DNA of 29,643 nt from Methanobacteriota archaeon (GTDB taxonomy: Archaea; Thermoplasmatota; Thermoplasmata; JAUWGG01): positions 1 through 29,643 of the forward strand of contig JAUWGG010000001.1 of assembly GCA_030606525.1 (NCBI GenBank), written 5' to 3'. Of the stretch, positions 18,241 to 27,554 are shown in pieces (within the stretch, counting starts at the first letter, position 1; each line of letters opens with the position of its first letter). Made by a program: the position numbers and the translations under genes. A model generated the notes under the pieces. The model saw only the letters and a program-made list of their open reading frames with translations. It was not told the DNA's origin and did not search any database.

Positions 18241-18390
18241 ATAATAGATACAAATACTTTTCTTTTATTTGTTTTTTTTCATAATATCTCTAACTCAACT
18301 TTTTTAGAGTTTAGCGTTAGCCAGTAATTATTCGGTATTTATCATTAAGAAATTCAAAACTTTTAATTTCTTTTGGAAATATTTTTATTT
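18241..18390. other. AT-rich tract, candidate DNA unwinding element of oriC
   Basis: Long A/T runs (e.g. TTTTCTTTTATTTGTTTTTTTTCATAATAT) in the noncoding region next to the ORB. Confidence 0.6.
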
Positions 18391-18765
18391 TCTAATTCTT
18401 AATTTATTCTTCCTTTCCAAAACCTCATCTTCGTATTTGGAGGAGAGCCTCCAAGCAAGATATTCTATTCTATCTAAATTCTTTATGAATTTTGATCTGC
18501 TATCTATATCAACGAGCTGCTTAAATTCTCTTATCTTGTTAAATGTGTCGTATAAATACCACCCACCAGTGAGAAGAAGAATTGGTCCAATTAAAATGAG
18601 CCAATACTTCCAGTCACCTATGTCTTCTGATAAATCGCCAAATATAGTTGATAATACGGTATTTGTATAAAAGCAGTTTAAACCGAATAATGTTACAATA
18701 ACCCCTATGAGAAGTATAACAGTAGCGAATTCAATTAAATACTCCCTTATCAAATTGTGTTTCAT
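18385..18765 (-). CDS. Small two-TM membrane protein, DUF3198-like
   Basis: Two TMs followed by SRSKFIKNLDRIEYLAWRL. The family assignment is recalled resemblance only. Confidence 0.6.
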   Translation of the reverse strand: MKHNLIREYLIEFATVILLIGVIVTLFGLNCFYTNTVLSTIFGDLSEDIGDWKYWLILIGPILLLTGGWYLYDTFNKIREFKQLVDIDSRSKFIKNLDRIEYLAWRLSSKYEDEVLERKNKLRIRK

Positions 18766-18848
18766 TGTCTACGGGATATGAAAATACAAATAAAAACTTT
18801 CGCCTACATGTAAGAAAAAATTATTAACCATAGCCCTATACCTGATTT

Positions 18849-19940
18849 ATGAAGTTCACGCCTATCTATGAATATCATAAAGCACAAGGAGCAAAACTTG
18901 TCAACTTCAATGGATGGGAGATGCCACTCTTGTACAGTAGCATTGTAAATGAACACCTTGCTGTTCGCAACGCTGTCGGTCTTTTCGATGTCTCCCATAT
19001 GGGGGACATTCTCGTTAGTGGTAAAGGTACAAATGAATTAATGAAGCGTCTGTTTACCAATGATGTTTTTAACGCGGAATTTGGGCATGCGAAGTACACC
19101 CATATTCTCAACGAAGAAGGAAAAATATTAGATGATATGATCGTTATTCCTATTAGAGAGGAAAAATATTTGTGCGTGCCAAACGCTGGAACAATTCAGA
19201 AAATTCTAAAATGGTTCAAGGGACATGCAACGACCCAGAAGATAGAAAATGTAACTGATAAGTATGTATGTATAGCAATTCAGGGACCTAAAGCATCTGA
19301 CACTCTTCAAAAATTAACTAATTATGATCTTAACGATTTAAAATTCTTTAGAGCTGATTATATTCCTCTCGGTGGAGGAAGGGATCAATCCATAGATCGA
19401 GAGTGCCTAGTATCAAGAACGGGTTACACAGGTGAGGACGGTTTTGAAATCACTGCAGAGAATGACATTGGGAGATATTTATGGGATTTAATCCTATTGG
19501 CAGGTGAGGAGTTCGGTATCAAACCAATAGGCTTAGGAGCTAGAGATACGTTAAGATTAGAGAAAGGATTTTTACTATCAGGACAAGATTTCAATGATAA
19601 TCGCACAACGCTGGAAGCGAACCACGAATGGGTTGTTGAGTGGGACCACGATTTTATTGGGAAAGTAGCATTGTTGAAACAGAAGGAGAAGGAAGATTAC
19701 GATCGATTCGTTGGCATACAACTACTAGAAAAAGGAGTGCCGCGGTATGGATATAAGATAATGAAGGATGGTGAAACCGTGGGAGAGGTGACAAGTGGGT
19801 GTATTTCACCTTGTTTAAAAAAAGGAATAGCCTTGGGTTACGTCAAGAATGAGTACAAAGAGGTAAGCACAAAAGTGGAAATCCTGATTAGAGGTAAGAA
19901 ATTAAAAGGAGAGGTTGTTAAACTGCCGTTTGTAAAATAA
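18849..19940 (+). CDS. gcvT: Glycine cleavage system T protein (aminomethyltransferase)
   Basis: Motifs FNGWEMPL, EHLAVRNAVGLFDVSHMG, RTGYTGEDGFE, GLGARDTLRLEKG and GEVTSG. Confidence 0.93.
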   Translation: MKFTPIYEYHKAQGAKLVNFNGWEMPLLYSSIVNEHLAVRNAVGLFDVSHMGDILVSGKGTNELMKRLFTNDVFNAEFGHAKYTHILNEEGKILDDMIVIPIREEKYLCVPNAGTIQKILKWFKGHATTQKIENVTDKYVCIAIQGPKASDTLQKLTNYDLNDLKFFRADYIPLGGGRDQSIDRECLVSRTGYTGEDGFEITAENDIGRYLWDLILLAGEEFGIKPIGLGARDTLRLEKGFLLSGQDFNDNRTTLEANHEWVVEWDHDFIGKVALLKQKEKEDYDRFVGIQLLEKGVPRYGYKIMKDGETVGEVTSGCISPCLKKGIALGYVKNEYKEVSTKVEILIRGKKLKGEVVKLPFVK

Positions 19941-19963
19941 AATGTAAATGGATAGGTGAATAT

Positions 19964-20992
19964 ATGATAGAATTATTAGAAGAGTTGATAAGAACACCAG
20001 GTATATCTGGTTACGAAGACCCAATAAGGGATCGAATCAAGAAAGAGATAGAGAAATATGTTGAGACCAGGATAGACAATATTGGCAATCTGATTGCAAC
20101 TATCGGTGATGGAAAACACATCGCTCTGATAGCTCATATGGATGAGATCGGATTGGTGGTCTCGAACATCGATGATAAGGGAACGATAAGGATAAGCAAA
20201 CTCGGAGGGATTGACGATAGGATACTTGTGAGCAGAGCTGTAGAGATTCATACGAAGAAAGGGATAGTTGAAGGTGTTATCGGTCTCAAGCCCCCCCATC
20301 TGATGATCGATAGAGAGGAGGCTAAAAAAACAAAACGCTCTGAAACACTTCATTTAGATGTAGGGACAAGAACTCGAGAGGAAACGAAGGGGTTGGGGGT
20401 TGAACTTTTAAATCCCATTACATTCAAAAAACATTTCTCGATATTGAACAAGAATATGATTTGCACGAGAGGCATTGATAATAGAGCCGGGTGTTTGGCA
20501 CTCATAGAGATGCTGAAGCTCGTGCACAATAAAAAACTAGGAGTAAAATTATCGTTCGTATGGTCAGTTCAAGAAGAGATCGGGCTAAGGGGTGCGAAGG
20601 TCGTGGCAAATACGATGAGACCTGATTATGTCCTTGCGGTCGATACATACACAACAACAGATGCACCCGACATGCCCAGCCATCTGGAACCAGTTAAATT
20701 AGGTGAAGGACCAGTGCTTAGGCTGATCGATAGCAGGGCGATAGCTTCACCAATTCTTCGTGAAATGATAACGAAAGTAGCGAAAGAATACGATATTCCA
20801 TTGCAGTTGGGGATTACAGGTGGGACTACAGACGGTGCTGCGGTACAGGAGTGCGGCGCACTAACTATGCCTTTAGGTATACCTCTGCGTTATACCCACT
20901 CCTTAGTTGAGTGCTGCCACAAAAACGATTTGGAAAATCTTATACAATTGTTGACAAGGATTATCGAGGAAATTGAAAAGCGAGAAAGATAA
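19964..20992 (+). CDS. M42 family (TET-like) aminopeptidase
   Basis: Motifs AHMDEIG, IDNRAG, QEEIGLRGA, GGTTDG and YTHSLVE. Confidence 0.92.
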   Translation: MIELLEELIRTPGISGYEDPIRDRIKKEIEKYVETRIDNIGNLIATIGDGKHIALIAHMDEIGLVVSNIDDKGTIRISKLGGIDDRILVSRAVEIHTKKGIVEGVIGLKPPHLMIDREEAKKTKRSETLHLDVGTRTREETKGLGVELLNPITFKKHFSILNKNMICTRGIDNRAGCLALIEMLKLVHNKKLGVKLSFVWSVQEEIGLRGAKVVANTMRPDYVLAVDTYTTTDAPDMPSHLEPVKLGEGPVLRLIDSRAIASPILREMITKVAKEYDIPLQLGITGGTTDGAAVQECGALTMPLGIPLRYTHSLVECCHKNDLENLIQLLTRIIEEIEKRER

Positions 20993-21003
20993 GTAGTGAG
21001 AAG

Positions 21004-22074
21004 ATGCATGATTTTATAGATAAGGTATTAGCAGATCTGATAACGATTGACAGCTCGCCCCATGCCGATAAAACAAGAATAATAGAATACGCAGCTAAAA
21101 TTACAAAGTCCTTTGGTATGGATAACGAAATTTTTGGGAGGGATGCCCCGTCCTTATTAGCACACTTTGGTGAAGGAGGTGTGCATTTCAGCGGTCATTT
21201 GGATACAGTTCCGCGCGGTGATAATTGGAAATATGAACAAGGCGAGAAGATTAATGGAAGGGTATATGGACGCGGTGCATTGGATATGAAGGGAGGCTGC
21301 GTTTCAATGCTGGAGACTGCAAAGAGGCTTGTTGCTGCCAAAATAAATTTTTCACTCTCATTCACAACCGATGAGGAAACGACAATGAACGGTGCTGAAT
21401 TGATAGCGAAAACCGATGCTATAAAGAACGCTCAAGCTATAGTAATATGTGAACCAACAGATTTTGATGTCATCACCTTTGAAAAAGGTGTATACCAATT
21501 CAAATTGATCACGCGTGGAAAAATAGCGCATGCGAGCATGCTTGAATTGGGAGAGAATGCAATAATGAAGATGAATAGATTGATCACCACTTTAGAAGAT
21601 ATGACAATCCCACCAAAAACGCCATTAAATGAAATAAGTTTAAATGTCTCAAAGATTGCTGGTGGTGAAAAGATCAATGTGGTACCTGCAAAATGCGTTT
21701 TAGAGGTGGACGTTCGTTTTCCGCCAGCATACAGCTTTAAGGATGTAAAAGCGCTGATTGAAAAAAAATTAAGTACTGCGAATCTAACCTTTGAATGGGA
21801 GACGATGCATAAGCTGCCGCCAGTAAAGGTAGACCCAGATCAAAAAGTGATAAAGAAGATGGTGCGTATTTCTAAAGGGAAGATCAGAGGAGCGCTGTAT
21901 GCGACAGAGATGGTGCGCTTCTTCCCAATTAATAAAAAAGTAATGGTCTGCGGACCAGGTGACCCAAAGAGAGCGCATACGATAGATGAGTATATTGAAT
22001 TAAAGGACCTATACAAAGCTGCTGATATATATGAGAAATATGCAAGGGAAATAATGAAAATTCCAAATCCGTGA
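21004..22074 (+). CDS. M20A metallopeptidase/deacylase (ArgE/DapE family)
   Basis: Motifs SGHLDTVP, GRGALDMKGG, TDEET, CEPT, EKG and AHTIDE. Confidence 0.88.
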   Translation: MHDFIDKVLADLITIDSSPHADKTRIIEYAAKITKSFGMDNEIFGRDAPSLLAHFGEGGVHFSGHLDTVPRGDNWKYEQGEKINGRVYGRGALDMKGGCVSMLETAKRLVAAKINFSLSFTTDEETTMNGAELIAKTDAIKNAQAIVICEPTDFDVITFEKGVYQFKLITRGKIAHASMLELGENAIMKMNRLITTLEDMTIPPKTPLNEISLNVSKIAGGEKINVVPAKCVLEVDVRFPPAYSFKDVKALIEKKLSTANLTFEWETMHKLPPVKVDPDQKVIKKMVRISKGKIRGALYATEMVRFFPINKKVMVCGPGDPKRAHTIDEYIELKDLYKAADIYEKYAREIMKIPNP

Positions 22075-22235
22075 TTTTTATAAGGAAGTTAAGTGAAATT
22101 GCCCGCATGATAGAGGAAAAATTAAATGTTGTGCACCATTCAAATATGCGTGACTAAAGGCGTTTAGCAGTCAATCAACACTTTCACTGACCCCCCTCAA
22201 GAAATCTTATTAAAGACTAATGCAATATAGGTACG

Positions 22236-23201
22236 ATGAGGATGCAAAATATCAAGATTGGATCTCAATATTCTCCTAACAATGATGCAACTATTTACTT
22301 GGGGGACTGTAGAGATTTACTTGATTCCATACCTCCAAATTCTGCAAGGCTGATAGTTACTTCCCCTCCGTATAATATTGGAAAAGCATATGAAAGGAAA
22401 ATTGATATTGATGAGTATGTGTCTCAACAAAAGGATGTTATCTTGCGTTGTATAAAAATTCTAGCTGATGATGGCAGCATATGTTGGCAAACTGGGAACT
22501 ATATTCAAAAGAAAGAAGTGGCTCCATTAGATATTCTCCTTTATGATATCTTCAAATCTCAGGGCTTAAAATTAAGAAATCGTATAATATGGTATTTTGA
22601 GCATGGTCTTCATTGTCAAAAACGCTTCTCAGGACGATATGAAACAATAATGTGGTATACAAAATCAGATAAATATGTTTTCAATCTTGATCCTATCAGA
22701 GTTCCTCAAAAATATCCTGGGAAAAAATATTTCAAAGGACCTAAGAAAGGACAATATTCCTGCAATCCTAATGGAAAAAATCCAGGGGATGTTTGGGATA
22801 TACCAAATGTAAAACACAATCACCCTGAAAAAACAACACATCCCTGTCAATTTCCTGTGGAATTGATAGAGAGATTAGTGCTTTCAATGACAAATAAAGG
22901 TGATTTGGTCTTTGACCCATTTTTGGGTGTCGGAACAACGATAGTAGCAGCAATTAAACATGGTCGGAGGGGTGCGGGTGCGGATATTGTGGAAGAATAC
23001 ATTAATATTACGAGAGAGAGAGTTAAACTAGCTGCCAAAGGAAAATTAAAAACCCGTCCGATGTACAGACCTAAATATATTCCAGGAAAGAACATTTATA
23101 TAACAAAATATCCTCCTAAAAATGGAAGTATTGATGAGTATATCTCTGATGATGTTGATGCCGTTAAAGAAACTAGAACAGCAAAGGGTGTGACAGATTG
23201 A
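22236..23201 (+). CDS. Beta-class amino-DNA methyltransferase (SPPY; probably m4C), M.BglII/M.BstYI-like
   Basis: Catalytic VTSPPYN is N-terminal and SAM-binding DPFLGVGTT is C-terminal. Also HPCQFPVELIER. A TATA-like TTATTAAA at 22207-22214 suits a leaderless start. Confidence 0.9.
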   Translation: MRMQNIKIGSQYSPNNDATIYLGDCRDLLDSIPPNSARLIVTSPPYNIGKAYERKIDIDEYVSQQKDVILRCIKILADDGSICWQTGNYIQKKEVAPLDILLYDIFKSQGLKLRNRIIWYFEHGLHCQKRFSGRYETIMWYTKSDKYVFNLDPIRVPQKYPGKKYFKGPKKGQYSCNPNGKNPGDVWDIPNVKHNHPEKTTHPCQFPVELIERLVLSMTNKGDLVFDPFLGVGTTIVAAIKHGRRGAGADIVEEYINITRERVKLAAKGKLKTRPMYRPKYIPGKNIYITKYPPKNGSIDEYISDDVDAVKETRTAKGVTD

Positions 23202-23746
23202 AGAAAGTTTACGAATATTCCCATCTGGGTGGAGCGGAGATATTAAAGGTTCACTATCCAAAAATAGAAAAAGAAATTGATGAGATAATTGCTGGTATAA
23301 AAGACGTAGAAAAAACCAAAATTAGCAAAGAAAAGACTATGATTGGTAGGAAGTTATATTCCCCACGAGATCTAAATAGATATTTTAAAGAGCGTTTTAC
23401 AGAAAAAGGCTATAAAGAACTTAGGGATACTTATACAATCACTCTTCCTGACTATGATAAAGAAATAAAAGGTGCATTTAAACAAATCGATTTTGTAAAA
23501 TCTAAGGTATTAGTGGAAGTTCAGTTTGGAAAGTATGCATTTATGTTTTACGATTTAGCAAAATTCCAGTACTTCTTCAATGAGAATAAAGCAGATGTTG
23601 GTATAGAAATAGTCCCGTGTCATAGATTACATAAAGATATGTCCACCGGTGTCTCTTATGGGGAGCAGTTAGTATACGACATTGAGAGACTAAGAAGGCA
23701 TTTTCCATCAGTCCCAATCAAAGTTATTCTGATCGATATAGAGTAA
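23198..23746 (+). CDS. Type II restriction endonuclease, BglII/BstYI family
   Basis: Motifs YSHL, LYSP, QIDFVK..VEVQFGKY (D...ExQ catalytic motif), DVGIEIVP and MSTGVSY, closely resembling BstYI. Its TTG start overlaps the MTase stop (TTGA). Confidence 0.88.
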   Translation: MKKVYEYSHLGGAEILKVHYPKIEKEIDEIIAGIKDVEKTKISKEKTMIGRKLYSPRDLNRYFKERFTEKGYKELRDTYTITLPDYDKEIKGAFKQIDFVKSKVLVEVQFGKYAFMFYDLAKFQYFFNENKADVGIEIVPCHRLHKDMSTGVSYGEQLVYDIERLRRHFPSVPIKVILIDIE

Positions 23747-23823
23747 TTTACCGCTCTCCCACCCTCAAATTCCCGTATCTTTTAATAATATCAAAATAAT
23801 CCTAAAAAGCCCTTTATCCCCGT

Positions 23824-25113
23824 TTATGGATAAACCCTCGTTATGGTTCTTGGGAAAGGGGTTGCATCCCTGATATGATCTAATTTACATATCCATGTTA
23901 CCAAGCGCTCGATCCCTAGACCAAAGCCTGAATGGGGTACACTTCCATATTTTCTCAGATCCAAGTACCATTGATAATATTTCAGATCAACGTTTTCCGC
24001 TTTTAATCTTTCAAGTAATTTATCGTGGTCATCTTCCCTTTCGCTTCCGCCAACGATCTCACCATACCCCTCAGGCGCTAGCAGATCAGAGCACAAATAT
24101 GTTCTTGAATCGTCTAGATTCTCTTTCATATAGAACGCCTTCACTTCCTTTGGATAATTTATTATGAATAGAGGAATCTTTTCATTTATCGTCATCTCTC
24201 TTTCTTCTTTTGCACCTAGATCATCCCCCCACTCAAAATCGTATCCCTTTTTTTGTAGGAGATCAGAAGCATCATCATAGCTCATCCTCTTAAATGGAGG
24301 TTTGATCTTTTTTAGATCTTCGACATCCCTCCCCAAAAACTTCAATTCTTCCTCTCTTTCAGTAGCTACCTTCTTGCAAATATGACCAATTAAGTTTTCC
24401 TGGGTTTTCATATTTCCTTCATTGTCAACCCAGGCCTCTTCGCTTTCCAAGTGCCAATACTCGGTGATGTGCCGTCGAGTGCGGGATTTCTCCGCTCTAA
24501 AGGAGGGTGTTATACTCCATACCTTGTCAAAAGAATAGATCAGCGCTTCCAAATACATTTGGGCACTTTGAGAGAGATAAGCTTCCCTGCCGAAATAATC
24601 GAAATCAAATAAGGTGCCGCCCCCTTCACAAGCATTGGTCGTGATGAGCGGAGGTGTCATCTCGTAAAAATCGTTCTTATCGAACCACTCTCTCGCAGCC
24701 TTTAACACAGATGCCTTGACCTTCATCACATTCGTTAACTTCCTTGACCTCAACCAAAGATGTCTATTATCTAGAAGAAATTCTTCACTCTTGTCTTTAG
24801 TTATAGGGAACACATCTGCTTTCCCTACGATCTCAAATTTAGTTGCTTGGATTTCAAAACCACCAGGTGCCCTATCATCTTTTACAACGCGCCCTTCAGT
24901 TATTACTGACGATTCGATCAATGTTTTTGAAGCCTCTTCGAATTCTTCATTTACAACATTACCCTTTTTTACTGTAACTTGAATGATGCCGCTTGCATCC
25001 CGGACAACAGCAAAAACAATACCTCCGCTGCTCCGGATCCGATATATCCATCCCCTTATCTGCGCTTTTTTACCTTCGAAATCGCCCTTTATTACATCGT
25101 TGATCGAGACCAT
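23824..25113 (-). CDS. asnS: Asparagine--tRNA ligase
   Basis: OB-fold GWIYRIR, NRHLWLRS, YLSQSAQMYLE, motif 2 FRAEKSRTRRH and motif 3 HSGFGLGIER. ATG 25113 gives 429 aa. Confidence 0.93.
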   Translation of the reverse strand: MVSINDVIKGDFEGKKAQIRGWIYRIRSSGGIVFAVVRDASGIIQVTVKKGNVVNEEFEEASKTLIESSVITEGRVVKDDRAPGGFEIQATKFEIVGKADVFPITKDKSEEFLLDNRHLWLRSRKLTNVMKVKASVLKAAREWFDKNDFYEMTPPLITTNACEGGGTLFDFDYFGREAYLSQSAQMYLEALIYSFDKVWSITPSFRAEKSRTRRHITEYWHLESEEAWVDNEGNMKTQENLIGHICKKVATEREEELKFLGRDVEDLKKIKPPFKRMSYDDASDLLQKKGYDFEWGDDLGAKEEREMTINEKIPLFIINYPKEVKAFYMKENLDDSRTYLCSDLLAPEGYGEIVGGSEREDDHDKLLERLKAENVDLKYYQWYLDLRKYGSVPHSGFGLGIERLVTWICKLDHIRDATPFPRTITRVYP

Positions 25114-25220
25114 AGTTACCGATACCCAATTGTTTTTCACGTTAATTACTTTTCGCAATACACCGATTTTCCCTAAAATTTGTACAAAAATATTTAAAGG
25201 ATTGCGAGCTTTTAAGCACG

Positions 25221-26090
25221 ATGAATGTGAATAAAAAATTAATTTCTATCGGAGGGCAGGGGGTTTTTGAGGGCGTAATGATGCGCTCACCCAATTATAT
25301 GGCAATAGCTGTTAGAAAATCAGATGGAACGATCGAGGTTAAGAAAGAGAAGTTAAACTCATTAGCCCATCGATATAAATTTCTTAAATGGGCGTTCTTT
25401 AGGGGTATATTAATGTTATTCGAAACCCTCATACTGAGTTTTAAAGCTATAGCCTACTCAGCAGACGAAACTATGGAAGAGGAAATGAGCAAGAAGGAGA
25501 TAGCATTAACCTTTATCTTTGCATTCGCAGCTGCAATTTTGTTATTCATTGTTTTACCTCTTTATTTAACAAAACTCATTTTTAATGTAGGTGGATTCTT
25601 GTTTTACCTGCTTGAAGGTTTGATAAGATTGGGAGTATTCTTGGCTTATATAGCATTGATGCCTTTGATAAGGGAGATCAAAATCACTCTGCATTATCAT
25701 GGTGCAGAGCACAAATCGCTCCACACTTATGAATCTGGTGAAGAGCTAACTGTTCACAATGCCAGAAAATATTCACCCTTACATGCAAGGTGTGGAACCG
25801 CCTTTCTGCTGATCGTCTTGGTCTTATGCGTTTTACTATTCTCACTGATAAGAAGTGATAATTGGTATGTGATGATCGTTTATCGAATCATCCTCATACC
25901 TTTTGTTGCTGGTATCTCCTATGAACTATTAAAACTAAGCGCGAAATATGCAAAATCTCGATTGGTGAAACTGTTAATAACCCCTGGTCTTTGGTTGCAG
26001 AAATTAACTACAAGGGAGCCTAGTGATGAGCAGTTAGAGGTAGCTCTTGCAGCCCTAAAAGAAGTGATAGCATTGGAGCTGGGTGGATGA
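25221..26090 (+). CDS. DUF1385 (YqhQ-like) membrane protein
   Basis: Motifs IGGQGVFEGVMMR, YHGAEHK, HARCGTAF and LQKLTTREP. Confidence 0.85.
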   Translation: MNVNKKLISIGGQGVFEGVMMRSPNYMAIAVRKSDGTIEVKKEKLNSLAHRYKFLKWAFFRGILMLFETLILSFKAIAYSADETMEEEMSKKEIALTFIFAFAAAILLFIVLPLYLTKLIFNVGGFLFYLLEGLIRLGVFLAYIALMPLIREIKITLHYHGAEHKSLHTYESGEELTVHNARKYSPLHARCGTAFLLIVLVLCVLLFSLIRSDNWYVMIVYRIILIPFVAGISYELLKLSAKYAKSRLVKLLITPGLWLQKLTTREPSDEQLEVALAALKEVIALELGG

Positions 26091-26290
26091 GATTTGGAGC
26101 GATTGTATGTCCGAGGTGTAAGAGAGCTAGAGGAATTATTTTAACAAGTAAAACCACTGCATGCCCCCACTGCGGTAAAAAATTTAAAACCCGAGGATTG
26201 AAAGTTTATTATAAAACAGATTCCGCTAAGGAGTTAGCTGCCGCAGTAGGGAAATTGAACGAATCGCTGCATGGAACTGGGAAAGAGTAA
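26087..26290 (+). CDS. Small zinc-ribbon protein (DUF1922-like)
   Basis: CPRC...CPHCG motifs. Its ATG overlaps the DUF1385 stop (ATGA). Confidence 0.75.
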   Translation: MRFGAIVCPRCKRARGIILTSKTTACPHCGKKFKTRGLKVYYKTDSAKELAAAVGKLNESLHGTGKE

Positions 26291-26300
26291 ATGTTAGGTC

Positions 26301-27512
26301 CTACAGCGCTTGCTTTTTACGCTTTTTTATAACAATGGCAATGGCAATGGCAATAAAAACAAAGCAAAATTCCAAACCAGGGAGCACATAGGTCCCATCA
26401 TCATCCAATCTAACTGTTATCGAGCCTTGAGAAGTAAAAGTTCCTTGATACTCTTCATTGTAATTAAATGTGGATGTTGAAGGGCTGTATGTGAAAGTGT
26501 GATAATAATCCTCAAGGTGCTCACCATTCCCATCGCTTTCCCATTCTGAAAAACGATTGCAATCCCGGAATAAAAATTGACCATTTACAACATCGATGGT
26601 TACATTCTCCCCCTCTTTCCCATTCAAAGGAATATAGGATTTTGCCCATGCATGTCCCCCCCACTTGTTTTGCAAGCTATCATAGAGCCCACCGAACTCA
26701 AGCCAAACCGGAATCCCAGAGGCTCTGCAAAGAGCGCTGAACAAGATGGATTGCTCGTCACAATCACCGCTTTTATCTTGGAGCGTGGTAAGGCAATCCT
26801 TCGGCTCACCTGAGTGGCCAGCAACATATCTAAAATTGTGGCGCATGTACTCATACACCGCCCTCATCCTATCATAAATATTGGTCTTGTTTTGTGTCAA
26901 TTCATCTGCTAAGTTTTTGATCTCGTCATCGGTAGGTCTAATCTTCCATTCATCGCGATTATATGTATCAGTCAACTCTCTAAAGTGCGTATCTCCCATC
27001 GCTTCATCAACACTCATGGTGTCGCTAGATTCGATATCCCACCATACGGTTTTTGTTGTCATGTGATAGGATATTGCAACGGAGATTGTACCGCTCCCTG
27101 TATCTTCCCAAATAAGCCATGTATGATCGCTGTAATGGTGAGGAAGCACATTCGTAGGAGTTGGGTCTCCTTCTATATAACTTACATTCTGAATGAGCCC
27201 TCCAGAACTGTCTATGATATTTTTGGGCTGCGGTATGTCCAGTGTGTAATGTATGGTACTAGAGCCAACATTTATCGTGATTGTTCGCTGTATATCGAAC
27301 TCAGCAGATTCAGGATACTGCCTGTAAGCCATGGGGTTCAACCATTTAAGCAAAAGATATCGAAACTCTGGGCACAATAGGATTATGCAGATTATGATGC
27401 AGATGATGATAAGAACTATGCTGCGGCCTATCCTGCCCTTTCTTCGTTGTTTTGGCAGCGATAACTGCCTATACTCCCTTTTCTCAAAATCATCGTCACC
27501 GGAAAAACTCAT
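26301..27512 (-). CDS. Transglutaminase-like (Cys-His-Asp) surface protein
   Basis: Motifs GDCDEQSILFSALCRASGIP, GHAW and IDVV. It has an N-terminal TM and a C-terminal PGLEF-TM-KKRKK. Confidence 0.85.
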   Translation of the reverse strand: MSFSGDDDFEKREYRQLSLPKQRRKGRIGRSIVLIIICIIICIILLCPEFRYLLLKWLNPMAYRQYPESAEFDIQRTITINVGSSTIHYTLDIPQPKNIIDSSGGLIQNVSYIEGDPTPTNVLPHHYSDHTWLIWEDTGSGTISVAISYHMTTKTVWWDIESSDTMSVDEAMGDTHFRELTDTYNRDEWKIRPTDDEIKNLADELTQNKTNIYDRMRAVYEYMRHNFRYVAGHSGEPKDCLTTLQDKSGDCDEQSILFSALCRASGIPVWLEFGGLYDSLQNKWGGHAWAKSYIPLNGKEGENVTIDVVNGQFLFRDCNRFSEWESDGNGEHLEDYYHTFTYSPSTSTFNYNEEYQGTFTSQGSITVRLDDDGTYVLPGLEFCFVFIAIAIAIVIKKRKKQAL

Positions 27513-27554
27513 GTTGTTTGATATAAGATTAATCGAATATTAATTTTTCCTCAA

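Noticed and set aside
22195-23790. Possible target-site duplication flanking the R-M cassette (CCCTCAA on both sides)
   Set aside because: A 7-bp match is expected by chance, and no integrase or transposase is present.
26337-26353. GCAATG short tandem repeat
   Set aside because: It simply encodes Ile-Ala repeats in a TM helix.
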